Below are positions 1-15,506 of a DNA stretch of 64,000 nt, one piece after another. The position numbers and the translations under genes were made by a program. Below the pieces are notes generated by a model. It was not told the DNA's origin and made no database searches. It saw nothing but the letters and a program-made list of their open reading frames with translations. Source of the stretch: the human T2T-CHM13v2.0 reference genome, Homo sapiens; assembly GCF_009914755.1 (NCBI RefSeq), contig NC_060942.1; one strand, 5' to 3'. How positions within the stretch are numbered: position 1 is the first letter of the stretch; each line of letters opens with the position of its first letter.

Positions 1-1820
<1,820 letters not shown>

Positions 1821-1932
1821 AAGGCTGAGGCAGAAGGGTTGCTTCAGCCAGGAGTTTGAGTCCAGCCTGAGCAACATAGCAGGACTCTATCTGTAAAAAA
1901 TAAAAATAAAAACAAATAAAATAAAATAAAAA
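1821..1932 (+). mobile_element. 3' part of an old Alu monomer (FLAM/AluJ left-arm type)
   Basis: aggctgaggcagaagggttgcttcagccaggagtttgagtccagcctgagcaacatagc followed by an A-rich tail; 5' end absent, abuts the L1 tail. Confidence 0.85.
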
Positions 1933-2046
1933 CTCTAAATATGCATGTTTTCCAGAAATATATATCAAAAGAGTTTTAGGAAAGTGTATTCCAAAATGTT
2001 GCTAAATGTTATCTCTGAGTGAAGAAACCATTAATATTACTTTTAG

Positions 2047-2123
2047 TAGCTTGAACTGTATAAAATTGCTAAAAGTCTACCACTTTGCCCTCAAAAATGT
2101 CATTGTCACATAGTTAAATGTAA
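2047..2123. mobile_element. MADE2-like mariner MITE, apparently within an old L1ME 3' remnant (~1940-2190)
   Basis: ~77 bp with degenerate inverted termini (tagcttgaactgtataaaattgc...cattgtcacatagttaaatgtaa) resembling the MADE2 consensus. Confidence 0.65.
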
Positions 2124-2197
2124 TTTGTTTCATTGTACTTCTCTGCATTGTATTTTTTAAATCAGTTTTTACTCTTATAATAAGGAAAGTTCGAGGA

Positions 2198-2615
2198 TAT
2201 CAGGACTCTTTGGTTTAAAATGGCAGAAATCCAACTGAAACTTATTTAAATGAGAAAAGAATGTATGGGCTCTCATAATGAGAAATCTGAAGGATAGAGC
2301 TTCAGGTACAGCAGGATCTAGGGACTTATTAATGTTACCAGTGATTAGGGACTTATTAATGTCATCAGTAATTTATTTCTGGAAACTGTCTTTTTCTATC
2401 CCTTCTTTTGGCTCCACTTTCTCTATGTTGGCTTCATTCCCCCAAAAGCCTCTCTCCATATGGCTGCAAAGATGTGCCCCCTGCAGTTCTAGCCTCACAA
2501 GTGCTTTAGGGTTTAAGAACTCAGAAGAAGCAGGGCTCTCTCATTTCTATCTGTATTGATCAATCCAAAAATTTCTGACCTGACCTCTTTGAGTCATGTG
2601 CTCACTTCTGTGGGA
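2198..2615 (-). mobile_element. Old MaLR LTR (MLT1J/K type)
   Basis: tcaggactctttggt...cagaaatccaactgaaact...gcttcaggtacagcaggatctaggg pattern. Contains a 27-bp tandem duplication at 2319-2372. Confidence 0.65.
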
Positions 2616-3264
2616 GTTGTCAATAGCAGACATCAATAAATTTTTTTTTAATGAATAAGTACCTAATCTCCATAGATTAAACAATTTTGTTTAATGAATA
2701 AAAATACCAATCTCCATAGATTCACCTACATTTGACCAACCCACACACCATTTGAAAAAGTAAGAAGGTGTCCTGAGTCCGCTGGAGATTGTCAGGGCTT
2801 AACACGCCTGTGCAAGATGATGGTGTTTAGCGGGAATTCACCTGAAACTGTTGATCTGTAAACTTCCAATGTTTGTCTGACTAGTTTTGTTCACTACCTG
2901 TCTTCTCTTGAGGAAAGTGGTACCACCAATACTAGAAATTATATTTTGTTATTGTTAATGTTTTAGTGTATACTTTTTGCTTTTAAAGACGTGATCTAGC
3001 TAGCAATTTGATAATTATGCAATACTGCTAAATAATAATCCTTGTTCTACGCAGAGAGGTACCAAAATAGATACTCAAATCCTCACAGTGTATAACACAT
3101 CTACACATTCTGAATAATACAGCTCATTTTAGTCATTAAAAACAATTATAACAATGTTTATGCCAGAATGCTAATAAAGTCTCCAAAACAACAGATTTGA
3201 ATTGTGCTTTTTCTTTTATTTCCTCATCCATATTTTGAGAGGTCTAAGTGAAAGGAAGGTAGGT

Positions 3265-3400
3265 ATCAGAGAGAAAGAGAGAGAAGAACAGAGGGAGAAA
3301 GGAAGAAAAGAAAGAAGGAATGAAGAAAAGGAGAGAGAAAAGGAACGAGGGGAAGAAGGAGAGATAGATGAAGAGAAGCAAAATGAAATCACAATAAGAA
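3265..3400. repeat. GA-rich low-complexity tract
   Basis: Almost pure purine run (gagaaagagagagaagaacagagggagaaaggaagaaaag...). Confidence 0.9.
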
Positions 3401-3851
3401 GACAAGATGATTCTATGTAATTAAATAATTAAACCTCACTCACCAAGATTTCCCTGAATTGATACATTCCACATTGTCTACAGAGGCTGTCTAAATATTT
3501 ACATATCTTCAGAAGTTTTTCTAGAAAAAGCAGTTGATACACTAGATTTAGAAGACCAAAAGGAATCTAACTTGTTGGAATGAATAGCATGAATAGCATG
3601 AATAAGGCTGGAATTACCCAGGAAGTAAACTACCTAAACCAAATGAGAGGTACTGAGCAGGGACCAATGGGAAAATGAGGCAAAATTGTGTGGGAGGATA
3701 AACAGCCTGTCTTGAAGACCATAGTGGGAATTGTGAGCTCAAGAAGACTTTTAAGGAATAAAGTAATAGCATCAGAGATTACTTCTTTAGAGGCAGTAAG
3801 AATTAACTGTACATAGGGAAGTCATCAACAAATTGAGTAAAAATTCGGTCA

Positions 3852-4412
<561 letters not shown>

Positions 4413-5589
4413 AAGTTGACTGTGATGGCAGAGTTGGGGACATGTAGTAAGTAGTATGGGCAAAGGTGAAAGGACCAGATAGTTTAAAATAGAATAGATA
4501 TTGAACTTTGTAAACTGAATCTTAAGGAAAATACATATTGCAAAGTAATACAGAAACAACTGGACTGTTTCAAAACCTGGAGCACAATGGACCAGTAGTT
4601 CAACCAGTTTTCTCTTTCCGGTTGTAAGTTGCTTGGTGTTTCACAGGAAGACAATGGGCACCTAGCAGGAAATGTTGAAGAAGCAACGCCATGTTTGCAT
4701 CATTCCCTTCTGAACATACACTGAAATGAAGACTGACTTAAAGACGTGGTGACACGTTTGTGCTATTTGTCTTCTGATGATGTAAATTCTCCCTCGGAGC
4801 TTTACCCTAGTTTGCCAATAGGAGCCATTTTGATTGTGAGTTCTGTCAGTTCCTGTTGGTTTCTGACAACTGTAGGTTGTATGGGACTTCATATAAACCC
4901 CTGTGCCTTCCCATATTTTGAGTGAGTAAGTCCAGAAATAAATAGGAGGCAACGTAAAAACCTGAGGTGAAAGAATAACTGGGAAATTTAATAAAGAAGA
5001 AATGACACGTTCCATTTGAGACTGAAATTGCTTTATCAGAACAAAATCCGATAACATTGAAGCCCGCAGCCTTCAATGCTAACAGTGCCTAACTTCCTTA
5101 GATAGGAAGAAATCTACTATCTATTCTGAGCTGGAGTGTTAAAAGAGTTCTATTCATTAAAAAACAAAGCAAAACAAACCAAAACAACTATTTGTCTTAA
5201 GGCAACAAATCATTTGATGCCAAAAAACTTTAAAAGGAGTGTTTTTTTTCTCTTAAACTTTATTAAAATTATTTTTTACATCACAAACCTGAATGCTGTT
5301 CATTGAGCAAGTATTCTGACCATCCCTTTTAGATTCCCTGGTTTGCAGCTAAATCAATATTTTCTTGAAATGAAAATATAAGTTGAATTCTCCAGAGATC
5401 AAAAGTATTCTGAGGAAAAATACCTGTTGTAATTGCAACTCACTAGTCTGATGCCAAAATCAATGGTAGTAACTTTTCTCAGGGCAGGATTCCATTTAGC
5501 ATGGAGTTACCCTGTCTTCTTTCCAAGAGTAGATGAGGCTCATTTAATCCATGATCAAGGCCAGCTACTATGCAAGGAACAATAAGATT

Positions 5590-5910
5590 TTACATTAGGC
5601 ATTTATAGTTTACTAAGTTCTTCACACCCTTGCTGTCATTTATTCAGTAAAATAATGCTATAAATGCCTTGAAAGAGGAAAAACATGGCATAATCTTTTG
5701 AACATCACCACAGCAGAGCCCAGTGCATGGATGACATTCAAAAAATATTTGCTGACTCAATCAAGTAAATATTACTAGCCCCACTTTAGAGGTGAGGATA
5801 TTAAGATCTAGAGAAAATAAGGAGCGCGTCCAAGATCTTATAACAAGTGAAAGGCAGAACCAAGAATCATCCAGCTGTTCTGACTTCAAATTTTAGTATT
5901 TTCTTAGTAG
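5590..5910 (-). mobile_element. MIR, probably with an internal L2 3' fragment (~5670-5760)
   Basis: Reverse MIR core ccccactttagaggtgaggat...ccaagatc...ggcagaacc...tctgacttcaaa. Confidence 0.6.
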
Positions 5911-6407
5911 AATATGCTGCTCCAAGATTTCCTACACCATCGATTTTGCTGCCTAAGATGAGATGCAAAGATTCATATTCAATTCTATAGAAATAGGTAA
6001 TATGGTAAACTAATCAGTCTTTTTGAAGACTGTGAGGCTACATTAATGAAAAATGTAAAATAGTCTCCATAGATTCACCTACATTTGACCAACCCACACA
6101 CCATTTAATTTTAGACTTATTTGATAGGAGTACAATTGATGTTAAGAGTTGATTAATAAGGTGAGATTCTTACAGAGTTTTTGAGAAACACTTTTCTTGA
6201 AGAGATGATGGCTATTATTGGGATCCTGACCCATAGAGTACCACTTTCCAGCTTTGCAGGAATAATAAATCCATATTGTTTGGTTTCAGGAAGCTCTATC
6301 TCTGCTACAAAATATGCTGCATCATATTTTTAAGGTTTGTTTCAAAACGTTCTGCAATGTCTATAAAAACTTCCCAACTTAGGTAACAATAAGAAAAAGA
6401 CTCTCAG

Positions 6408-6570
6408 GCAGGGTTTCTTAAAGTTCAGTGCCTGGGCCAGCAGTGTCACCTTTGTTACAAATACAGATTCTGTTTGTGGCCACACTCAAACCTACTGAAT
6501 CACAGACTCCGGGAAGTGGAGCCCAACCCCCTGGGTAATACTGATGCACTTTCAAGTTTAAGAACCACTG
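6408..6570. mobile_element. MER5A-type hAT MITE
   Basis: cagggtttcttaaagtt...cctactgaatca...gatgcactttcaagtttaagaaccactg termini. Confidence 0.8.
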
Positions 6571-8117
6571 TTCTACAATACAAAGTACAACTTTTTGGAT
6601 CCAAGGCTGAAAAAAAAAAGGTTAAAAAAAAAATCTTCCTAGGAAAAAAAACATTCCAAATGGAGAGTGAGAGAAAGAGTGGGGGAATATTGTTCTCAGA
6701 GGGAATTACCAAGTGCCCCCAGAGGTTAAATTCCAGGGCTTACATTTCTTGCTAAATATTTCTTTGAGGGCCTAATAAAATATCTCTTTAATGAGTCCTT
6801 TTAAGATTCAACATTTAGTATGTAGCGTCGTGCTGATACTATCTTAAGCGATGTATCTGTATCACTAATGTCAGGTGAAATTTTTTCTTTTACGTAAGTT
6901 GTCCCTGTTAAAATTTAAAACAACCATTTTTACACATCTAGCATGTTTTAACATTTTGAGTCATATGTTGGCAAAAATGGCTCTTTCAGAAATTGCTATA
7001 ATTTGATAGAGCTTTAGTAACTGTATTAATTTCTGATGGGAAAATTACAAATGTAAATAAATTATAATAGACTGCTTTACTATTCAGGAGAAATTCTTTA
7101 CATTCAAACAGTAACTTTATAATGTCAAAATAACCAGTAGTTATTAATCAGTATCTGGACTATGTAAATATTTGCTTGTTTCCATAGTGATTGGCAAGCC
7201 CAGATACAGAAAAAAAAAAAAAACCCACACATGTTATCACTTCCTAATAATATGATCATAAAAACACGACTCAGGCCAGACTGAGAGGAGAATAAACAGT
7301 ATTAATTAAAAGATTTATAAAATGGAGGAGGTGACAAGTGAAGTATTGAGTGTAAAAATTCACAAAGGAGGTAAAATATATCTTTTTCAATTCTGAAAGA
7401 AACTTGAGCAACCCTTAATTATCTTTCAAAATGCTATTTAGAATTTTCCAAAAATAAAACATCTGACAACTGCTCAAAGCACACCGCACCCCCACCCACA
7501 AAACATACACTTTTAAAGTGGATATACAGCCATGGCTGTGAAGCGTGTTTGAAAAAAGTGAGACTGTTGGCATTTCACTTGAAATCAACTGAGAAGTTCT
7601 TTACTAAAGAAGTGAGAAGCTCAAAGCTGTTTTCCAAAGCTTTAGGGGAGTACGGCATATTATGAAGCAGGAGCATTTGGTCAAAGAGTAAATTAGTAGT
7701 GTGGTTCACACATTGCACAAGAAATCTACACAGGAACCACAGTTGTCTTAAATAATCAGTCCTGTTAACAGGCCTTTGGTTATGAAATTTCTTCACAAAG
7801 CAGTCACCAGCGCAAAGGCTGTTTTTAGAAACACTTTGTTCTTCTGATATCTGCTGGGATAAAGCAGCACCTTTTTTTTTCCCCCTGGAATGATTTCTAA
7901 AAATAAAAACAAACACAAAAAGCACAAACACACCATCAAGTAGCAAGAGAAGAAATGAACATGCCACATAAGGTTATTTCAATAGGTGCTTAGTTAAATA
8001 GACACTCAAGGGGAAATTGCTGACCCAAGTTCATAAATGGAGAAAAAGTCCACAAGGAGAACTACTCTGAAAGATCATTTTCTGAGCACTTGGCAAGACC
8101 AAACCTAAAGCACTGTA

Positions 8118-8157
8118 TTAGGATGGTGGAAAAGTAATTGCGGACTTTGCCATTGAA
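8118..8157. mobile_element. Half MADE1 mariner MITE
   Basis: ttaggatggtggaaaagtaattgcggactttgccatt matches the Hsmar1/MADE1 TIR; preceded by TA. Confidence 0.8.
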
Positions 8158-8327
8158 AGATGATAGTAAGAGAAATCGAAGCAATCACACAGTTATTAGA
8201 TACTATCTTATGCTATATACATGCGAATATACAAATTGATAAAATATTTAAATGTCATAAAAACAAACTATATAACACATAAAAGAAAGTTCCTCTTAAG
8301 GGTAGTGAAGAATTCTAAGAAAATTCC

Positions 8328-8686
<359 letters not shown>

Positions 8687-8699
8687 TCAATATAAATCT

Positions 8700-9250
8700 T
8701 TGTAGAGAAAACTTGAGAAGCAAAGTAAAGACAAGCAGCAGACTGGAAAAAAATATGTGCAAATTTTATAATAGACAAAAGTTTTCTATCCTTAATATAT
8801 AAAGAACTCTTGTAAATAAATATGGAAAATGCAAATCAGGAAAGATAAAACAATTTAATCTTAAAGATTAAGAATATCCAGTATTGGCTAGGATGTGAAG
8901 ACATAGGCTCATTTGTAGATTGTTGATACCAATGAGAAGCATTTTTAAAGAACACTTTTGTACCATCTTTCACAATTTAAAATGTACACTGTATTTGGTA
9001 GTAATTGGAAACAGGAAACAAACACTCATTAAAAAAGGAATGTCTAGAGTTTATGGTTTATTTATGCAAAGTAAACCTTAATTCAGAGTCATCAAGAATC
9101 AGAATACTAAGCCATTTTTAAAACTCTGAGATATATTATTAACTGATAAAGCAAAGCAAACTATTGTAGAAATTACTTCTTAAGAAGAGAATATGATTAA
9201 GGAATGGAGGGAAGAAGTTAAGGGAAACTTCTAATTTTTAGTGTGTTTAC
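8700..9250 (+). mobile_element. Highly diverged L1M (L1ME-type) remnant
   Basis: agactggaaaaaaatatgtgcaaat...gacaaaag...taatatataaagaactcttgtaaat resembles the L1 ORF2 3' region. Confidence 0.55.
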
Positions 9251-9271
9251 TTTGCAATCTTTTATAAAAAA

Positions 9272-10032
9272 ATTTAAACTGTGGTAAAATATACATAGCA
9301 TGAAATTCACCACTGTAACCATTTTAAGGTGTGCAGTTTCGTGGCACTAGGTATGCTGTATTCTCATTATTGTGCAACCATCACCACCATCTATCTCCAG
9401 AATTTGTTTCATCTTCCCAAACTGAAACTCCATACCCATTAAACACTAAGTCCCCATTTCCTCTCCTCTAGCCCCTGGCCACCACCATTCTATTCTTTGT
9501 CTCTACAAATTTGATTTCCCTAGGTACTTCACAGAAGTGGAATCATACAATTCTTTTTTTCCAGGCTTTTTCATTTAGCATAATATCTTCAAAGTTCATC
9601 CGTATTGTGGTATGTGTCAGAATTTCCCTTCTTTTTGAGATGGTTTGGCTGTGTCCCCACCCAAATCTCATCTTGAATTGCAGCTCCCATAATTCCCATG
9701 TGTCATGGGAGGGACCCAGTGGGAGGTAATTGAATCATGGTGGTGGGTCTTTCCCATGCTGTTTTCATGACAGTGAATAAGTGTCATGAGAGCTGATGTT
9801 TTTATAAAGGGCAGTTCCCCTGCACACGCTCTCTTGCCTGTCACTATGTAAGACGTGCCTTTGCTCCTCCTTCACCTTCCACAGTGATTGTGAGGCCTCC
9901 CCAGCCATGTGGAACTGTGAGTCCATTAAACCTTTTTCCTTTATAAATTACCTAGTCACAGGTATGTCTTTATTAGCAGCGTGAAAACAGACTAATACAC
10001 TTTTTAAGACTGAATAATACTTCACTGTATGC
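9272..10032 (-). mobile_element. L1MB 3' end, interrupted by a THE1 LTR
   Basis: tgtggtaaaatatacata...tgtgcaaccatcaccaccatctatctccagaa...actgaaactc...gtggaatcatac; resumes as tttaagactgaataata after the LTR. Confidence 0.85.
9636..9999 (+). mobile_element. THE1 (B/C) solo LTR
   Basis: TG...CA ends (tgagatggtttggctgtgtccccacccaaatctc...gactaataca); perfect 5-bp TSD ctttt at 9631-9635 and 10000-10004. Confidence 0.95.
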
Positions 10033-10261
10033 ATTCTACAGTCACTTTTAGCAATAAATAGAAACTGCAAATACTTGTGTCAAAATATTTTTTGGCAACA
10101 ACAAAAATAAATTCCAAGGAAATTAAGTTTTGATTGGAGATATATTTCTCCCATCAGAAAATATTTACTTCCTTGTTTTCACTTACCTGAGTTTGGACTG
10201 AACTATACTATTTGGTGTGGATTAAGAATTAAGGGAGGGAGGAGAGAGAAAGAGAGGAGGA

Positions 10262-10750
10262 GGTGCCAGGAAGACCCCTCAAAAAGGTAACATTGACCCC
10301 CAGCCTTGAAGGATGATAGGCATAGCTAGGTGAAGAGTGAGGAGAAAAGGAGAGCGTCTCTGGCCAAGGGAACAGTTTAGGCAAATGTCCTGAGGTCAGA
10401 AAGAGGATATAGATTAGAGAACTTTGGAAAGGCTTTGTCCAGCTGAGCAAACAGGAGAGTGGAACAAACTAGTCAGGGACCACATGAAGTGTGGGTTTGT
10501 AAGCCATGCGAGGAATCAGGTTGAGTGCTCCAGGCAAGGGGAAGTCAGGGCCATGATTTGAGTGAGCTGATGTGATCCAACTTGCAAGCCAAAAAGAATG
10601 ATCGTGGCTGCTATATGGAGCAGGGATTCAATAGCACCAGAATAAAAGAAGGAAGAGGTCTCTGGGGGGTCCTGTGAGAGAGACAGGACTGTGAACTCAG
10701 GTGATAGCAGTGAAGGTCAAGGAACATCTGAGAGACATTTTTGAGATGAC
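10262..10750 (-). mobile_element. L2 fragment
   Basis: Reverse L2 pattern: aggtaacattga...ttgaaggatga...gggaacag...gcaaatgtcctgagg...gtggctgctatatggag. Confidence 0.7.
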
Positions 10751-10874
10751 AAATACTTATGTCCTTCCCCTCATGTCCTTATAATAAATCTCTGCTTTTT
10801 TTTTTTAAATCAAGGTGTTTATTCTGTTATTTACCACAAAAAGATTCTTGACTAATGATCAGTCTATGCTTTGT

Positions 10875-11112
10875 CAGTCATCCAAGCCTTGGACTGTGTT
10901 GCTCCTACTGCTTGGAATGCTAATGACCCTTTTAAGGTGGAAATTTTCCCGATAAGTCCCTATTACCTTTCCAGGAATTGATCACTGTCTCTATTAATTC
11001 ACCATCGCACTATACATGCACCTCTGTTTATTGCATTATATTCCTTAGTTGGTCTACTTAGCCCCTTGCAATGCCTGGTACAGATGTTTACTCAATAAAT
11101 GTTTGAATGAAA
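10875..11112 (+). mobile_element. L2 3' end
   Basis: Ends tgcctggtacagatgtttactcaataaatgtttgaatgaa, the L2 terminus. Confidence 0.7.
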
Positions 11113-12879
11113 TAAGGATGCAAGGCTATAGGAAGAGAGGGAAGGGGGAAAGAAGGCAGGAAGGTAGAAGAAAATTGGCTTTTCCTGGTCGCTCCAGCTT
11201 TGTGGGCACCAAAGATGGTAGTGGGAACAAATTGGAGATCCCTCTTTAACTGACTGGTTTCATCTGCAGAGGTGACCTTTTAATCAGGAAGATAGGGCAC
11301 ATCAGGGACTCACTCCTCTTGAGGCTCCTCTCCGTTCCTGGGGACTCGGCTGCTTCTCAGACATGGACATGATGCAGGTATGTCTTCACGGAATGACAAG
11401 TCCCTCTCACCTCCTCCATGGAATGTTATTCCTTACTGAGAAGTTAGGGGCTCCAACTGAAGCCTCAGACTAGCCTGGAGTCCTTATTCCTTTTCAAGTA
11501 CAGTCTGTGTCTGCCCCCAGCTTGAAAAGCCTTGCAGGGCACCCATTTGTACCCAGGGCTATTCATCAGAGGCACTAGGTGGGTGAGGGGTTCTCAATGA
11601 CAAGTGTCATTTACCACACAAGGCCCACCCTGAATGAGTGTGGAGCCTCAGCAGCAGCAGGCAGGGAGTGCACACACCTCCTGGGGCCACTCAAATGAGA
11701 TTAGGAGAAAGGTAAGTTGGAATCTGCACTCTCACTCACAGAGTGGCATAAACACAAAGAAAGCTTCCAAATGCAACCATAACTAGGGTAAGACTATTGG
11801 CATAAACAAGCCAGGCCCTTTCCATCAGGGTTAGACCACAAGCACCCAGCTATTTGGCATCATAGGAGATCAAATATTTGGACACCAGCTGGATTTTTTT
11901 CCTTTTGATTGATGTTCTATAGTCAAGGTCATTGCCTATTTTCTCTTCCAAAAGTCAGGAGAAACAAGAGAAGATTAACTGCCCCTGGAGAAATCTGCAG
12001 GAAAGGAAATATCTCTGTGCCACTTGGTCAAAGTGTCAAACTTAATATAATGCATTTTATATTATAAATATAGAATTTATTTGTGCTTTTAAGGAGCTCC
12101 CCATTGGGTATATACTTTCTGCTCTGTCATCTTTCGTAATTAAAAGGCCACATATATCCAGTGAACAGAGGCCCACGCTAAGACAAATTACAAGTAAACT
12201 TGTGTTTTTAAGCCAATGTTGACTCTTAAGGTCCAGCTTGAAGGCTACAATCCCCCATTTCTCTTAGCATGAGAGCAGAACCAAAGGATTACAAGCCACG
12301 CTGTTGCACAAGTTTATAACCAGACCCTACAGCTGAGAGTTTTCAAAGAAAAATTACTTTAACAAATATTTCTGAGAACGAAAAGATTCATTTTCTTTTT
12401 CCCTAAAAGAACTAGAACAAAATTGGGAGGGGGATGTCCAGGCAGAGGAAATTTGACATCAAAAAAATTCTGCAAAGTAACCACATAGTTTGGGTGTTTT
12501 GTGGAGGGCAGGAAAAGAAAAATAGACACAATTCTCTCTCTCCGGGAACTTGCCCTCTTAAACAAAGCAAAAAAAAATATTGATACAGACTCACAACAAA
12601 AAGACACACAGACAACTGCACAAACATTAAAAAAATAATTAAACAAGATACCAAAATATTGACAGAAATGGTCCCTTAGACTTGTACAATTTGTTTCTAC
12701 TCCAAATTTATTTTTCTCACTTTGCTTTTAGGCCAAAGAGATGTGTGGCTGAGAAAGTGCAGAGAATGGCAGAACAAAGAATGGCTGGAGATAGCAGTGA
12801 CCCCAGGTCAAGGAAAGGGCGGATGCAGGCCCTTCGTGGAGCAAGGCAGCAGAAATGGGCACAGCCCCAATGCCAGAGA

Positions 12880-13040
12880 AGAACTGAGTAGGAATCCTGG
12901 CTCTGCCAATAATTTCTAAAACTTGAGTTTCAGTGCCCTTAATCTGAATAATGGGAGTACTAACAGGCCACTCTGGTTATTTCACAAGATGTTGGATGAT
13001 AAAAGGAGGCAATAGGTGAGAACATGCTTTAAGCAACCAC
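12880..13040 (+). mobile_element. MIR fragment
   Basis: aatcctggctctgcc...tttcagtgcccttaatctgaataatggg resembles the MIR core. Confidence 0.55.
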
Positions 13041-13589
13041 ATAAAGACCTGTGGGAGGTTTACCTTTGGAGCTGGAGGGAAGGCTTGTTCTTTAAGCACT
13101 AGCTATTCTCTCCACACAAAGCTGCAGGGTTCTAACATTGTTTTATGTTATGTTCACAATAAGCCCAAACACATCCAGAAGGGAAAGAGCCCAGTCGTAT
13201 TTTAAAAAAATAAAAAAGCATAAGGCTGTAAAAATTGCTGAAACTTTGCTCAGCAAAGAAGCTATTTATTCAAAGTAAATGACTCACTGACGAGAAAGGA
13301 GGAAGGAGCTTCGGAGAAGAAGATTAGTTAGCTGTGAATATAACCCTCCCAGGCTCTCTCCCAACCTTTCTCCCTAAAAGGTATTCTAGCAGGAATGTGT
13401 AGTCACTAAGAATGTGAAAGGGGTGGTGGGGTGGTAATCCAGGGCACTGGAAAAGCTTGAAAAATCCCCTAAAGAGAGAATATTGCCTGGTGCATCGGGG
13501 ACAGGCATCCCTTTTCTTGAGGAAAAAAGGAAACAGAATGCTATGTTCCTTTGGAAAAAGGTAGAAGTCGAGGGGAGAGATCAGAGCCA

Positions 13590-13795
13590 CAATGGCAGGA
13601 GTTTTGGGGTCCAGTGACTACTATTTATATCCTCCCTATTACACATTAGCTGTGTGACTCTGGGTAACTAGTTTAACTTCTCTGAGCCTATGGGAACTTG
13701 GGGGAAGTAATATAATGTCTCTCATAGGGCTTCAGTGAAGGGTAAATGAGATATCATCTGTAATGTTTATCACACATAGTAGACACTCAAATGGC
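13590..13795 (+). mobile_element. MIR (MIRb-like)
   Basis: tagctgtgtgactctgggtaactagtttaacttctctgagcct...ctcatagggc...aaatgagata...cacatagtagacactcaa. Confidence 0.75.
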
Positions 13796-14916
13796 ATTTT
13801 TTTAATCAGAAGAGGACTGCAGGATCAGGAATTTTCATGTATGCATGAATTTTTTATTGATAACCATTGGTGAAACATAGCCTCTTATTTTAAATGTGCA
13901 TAAATATTTCAAAGGTTGTTCAATCAGACTTATACAAAAATACAATTATACCTATAAGTGTAATTGCTAGACAAGAGTCAGTTTGGGAAGCAAGTCAATT
14001 AAAACAATATTATTTGGCAAATTGAATTATTCTCTATCATCAAATGTCCCAGGAAAATAGTCTGACTTTTTAAACCATGAAAATAGACTTTACACCAAAA
14101 TGTATAATGCTGCCAGTGAAGAATTTGAGAACTTTGGACTCACATGGAAACATTGGATTCATTTGTACAGATGTAGCACCTGCAAAAAATAAAAATAAGG
14201 TGGGAGATTGGAGGGAATATTACAACAATTTAAATCAAAAGAGAAAGCTCCTGGGTCCTACTCCCAACTTATCATCCACTGTGACAGTTTGTGCTTTGAT
14301 CTTTTTACATCTTGTTTCTGACTCTGGGTTTGAACCACCGAAGGAAGCACCTGGCTTTTATTTTAGTGGCTTCATTTAAAAGATTATGATCCAAATGTTG
14401 GCCTGAATTTACCCACAAGGCCAGAAATGTCAGGATGGCTCTGGGGTCCATAGAGTATCTCCTTGGTGATCCTTGATAGGCTGAACCGACTGAACTGTGC
14501 GGAAGAGCAGCTTCACGAAATTTCATTCATCAGTATTAGTTGGGCACTTACTATATGGCATGGATTGCTCTAAGTACTGAAACTCTGCTTCCCCTGAAGC
14601 TGGTTCTCCAAAGGCAGCAACAAAAACTTAAAACATGATTCATATATATGACTGTTTGTGAATCTCTTTGAAATACATCTACTTTAAATGACTACACACA
14701 AATATAATTGGCGATTTCATTGATTCTAGGGAAGACAACAATGAGAAATGGAGGTAAAATGTGAAATTCAGTTGCCAAACTACCCAGTGGAATTCTCAGT
14801 ACCTACACACTCTTAAACAAATCACTAAGGCTTATACTTTTATCTTACAGTTTCAAGTTCAGAATATTCAGATGTTTTTCCATATCTGTAAGAAACTGCA
14901 TTCTTATGTGCTTTAG

Positions 14917-15279
14917 TGTATTAGTCTGTATTTCATGCTGCTGATGAAGACATACCCAAGACTGGGTAATTTATAAAGAAAAAGAAGTTTAATGGACTCA
15001 CTATTCCATGTGACTGTGGAGGCCTCACAATCATGGCAGAAGGTGAAAGTCATGTCTTACATGGCGGCAGGCAAGAGAGAATGAAAGCCAAGTGAAAGGG
15101 GAAACCCCATAAAAAACCATCAGATCTCTTGAGATTTATTCACTACCATGAGAACAGTATGGGGGAAACCACCCCCATGATTCAATTATCTCCCACCGGG
15201 TCCCTTCCACAACACGTGGGAATTATGGGGGCTACAATTCAAGATGAGATTTGAGTGGGGACACATCCAAACCATATAA
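14917..15279 (-). mobile_element. THE1 (B-like) solo LTR
   Basis: tgtattagtctg...gacatacccaagactgggtaatttataaag...gagatttgagtggggacacatccaaaccatat. Confidence 0.93.
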
Positions 15280-15506
15280 TATGGAGCGCATGAAAAGTTC
15301 TATGTTTTAGAGCCCTTGATTCTAATAAAGCAGCCCAGCAAATTGCTTCAATAAGATGTTTGACCAAACTCTGTGGCCACATTTTATTAAATAAAATTCT
15401 TAAGTCTCCAATTCTTCCCAAATAGACAAGGGATCCCAAATACAAATGACGTGGGTTGGTTACCTTCACACAGCATATTGTTACCTGGTGCACCCCATTC
15501 ATCACA

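Noticed and set aside
4662-5076. Overlapping 131- and 76-aa ORFs
   Set aside because: Non-ATG starts, no recognisable homology, and lengths within chance expectation.
7575-7967. 130-aa minus-strand ORF with a hydrophobic N-terminus as a membrane protein
   Set aside because: The hydrophobic stretch comes from a T-rich low-complexity tract, and no domain is recognisable.
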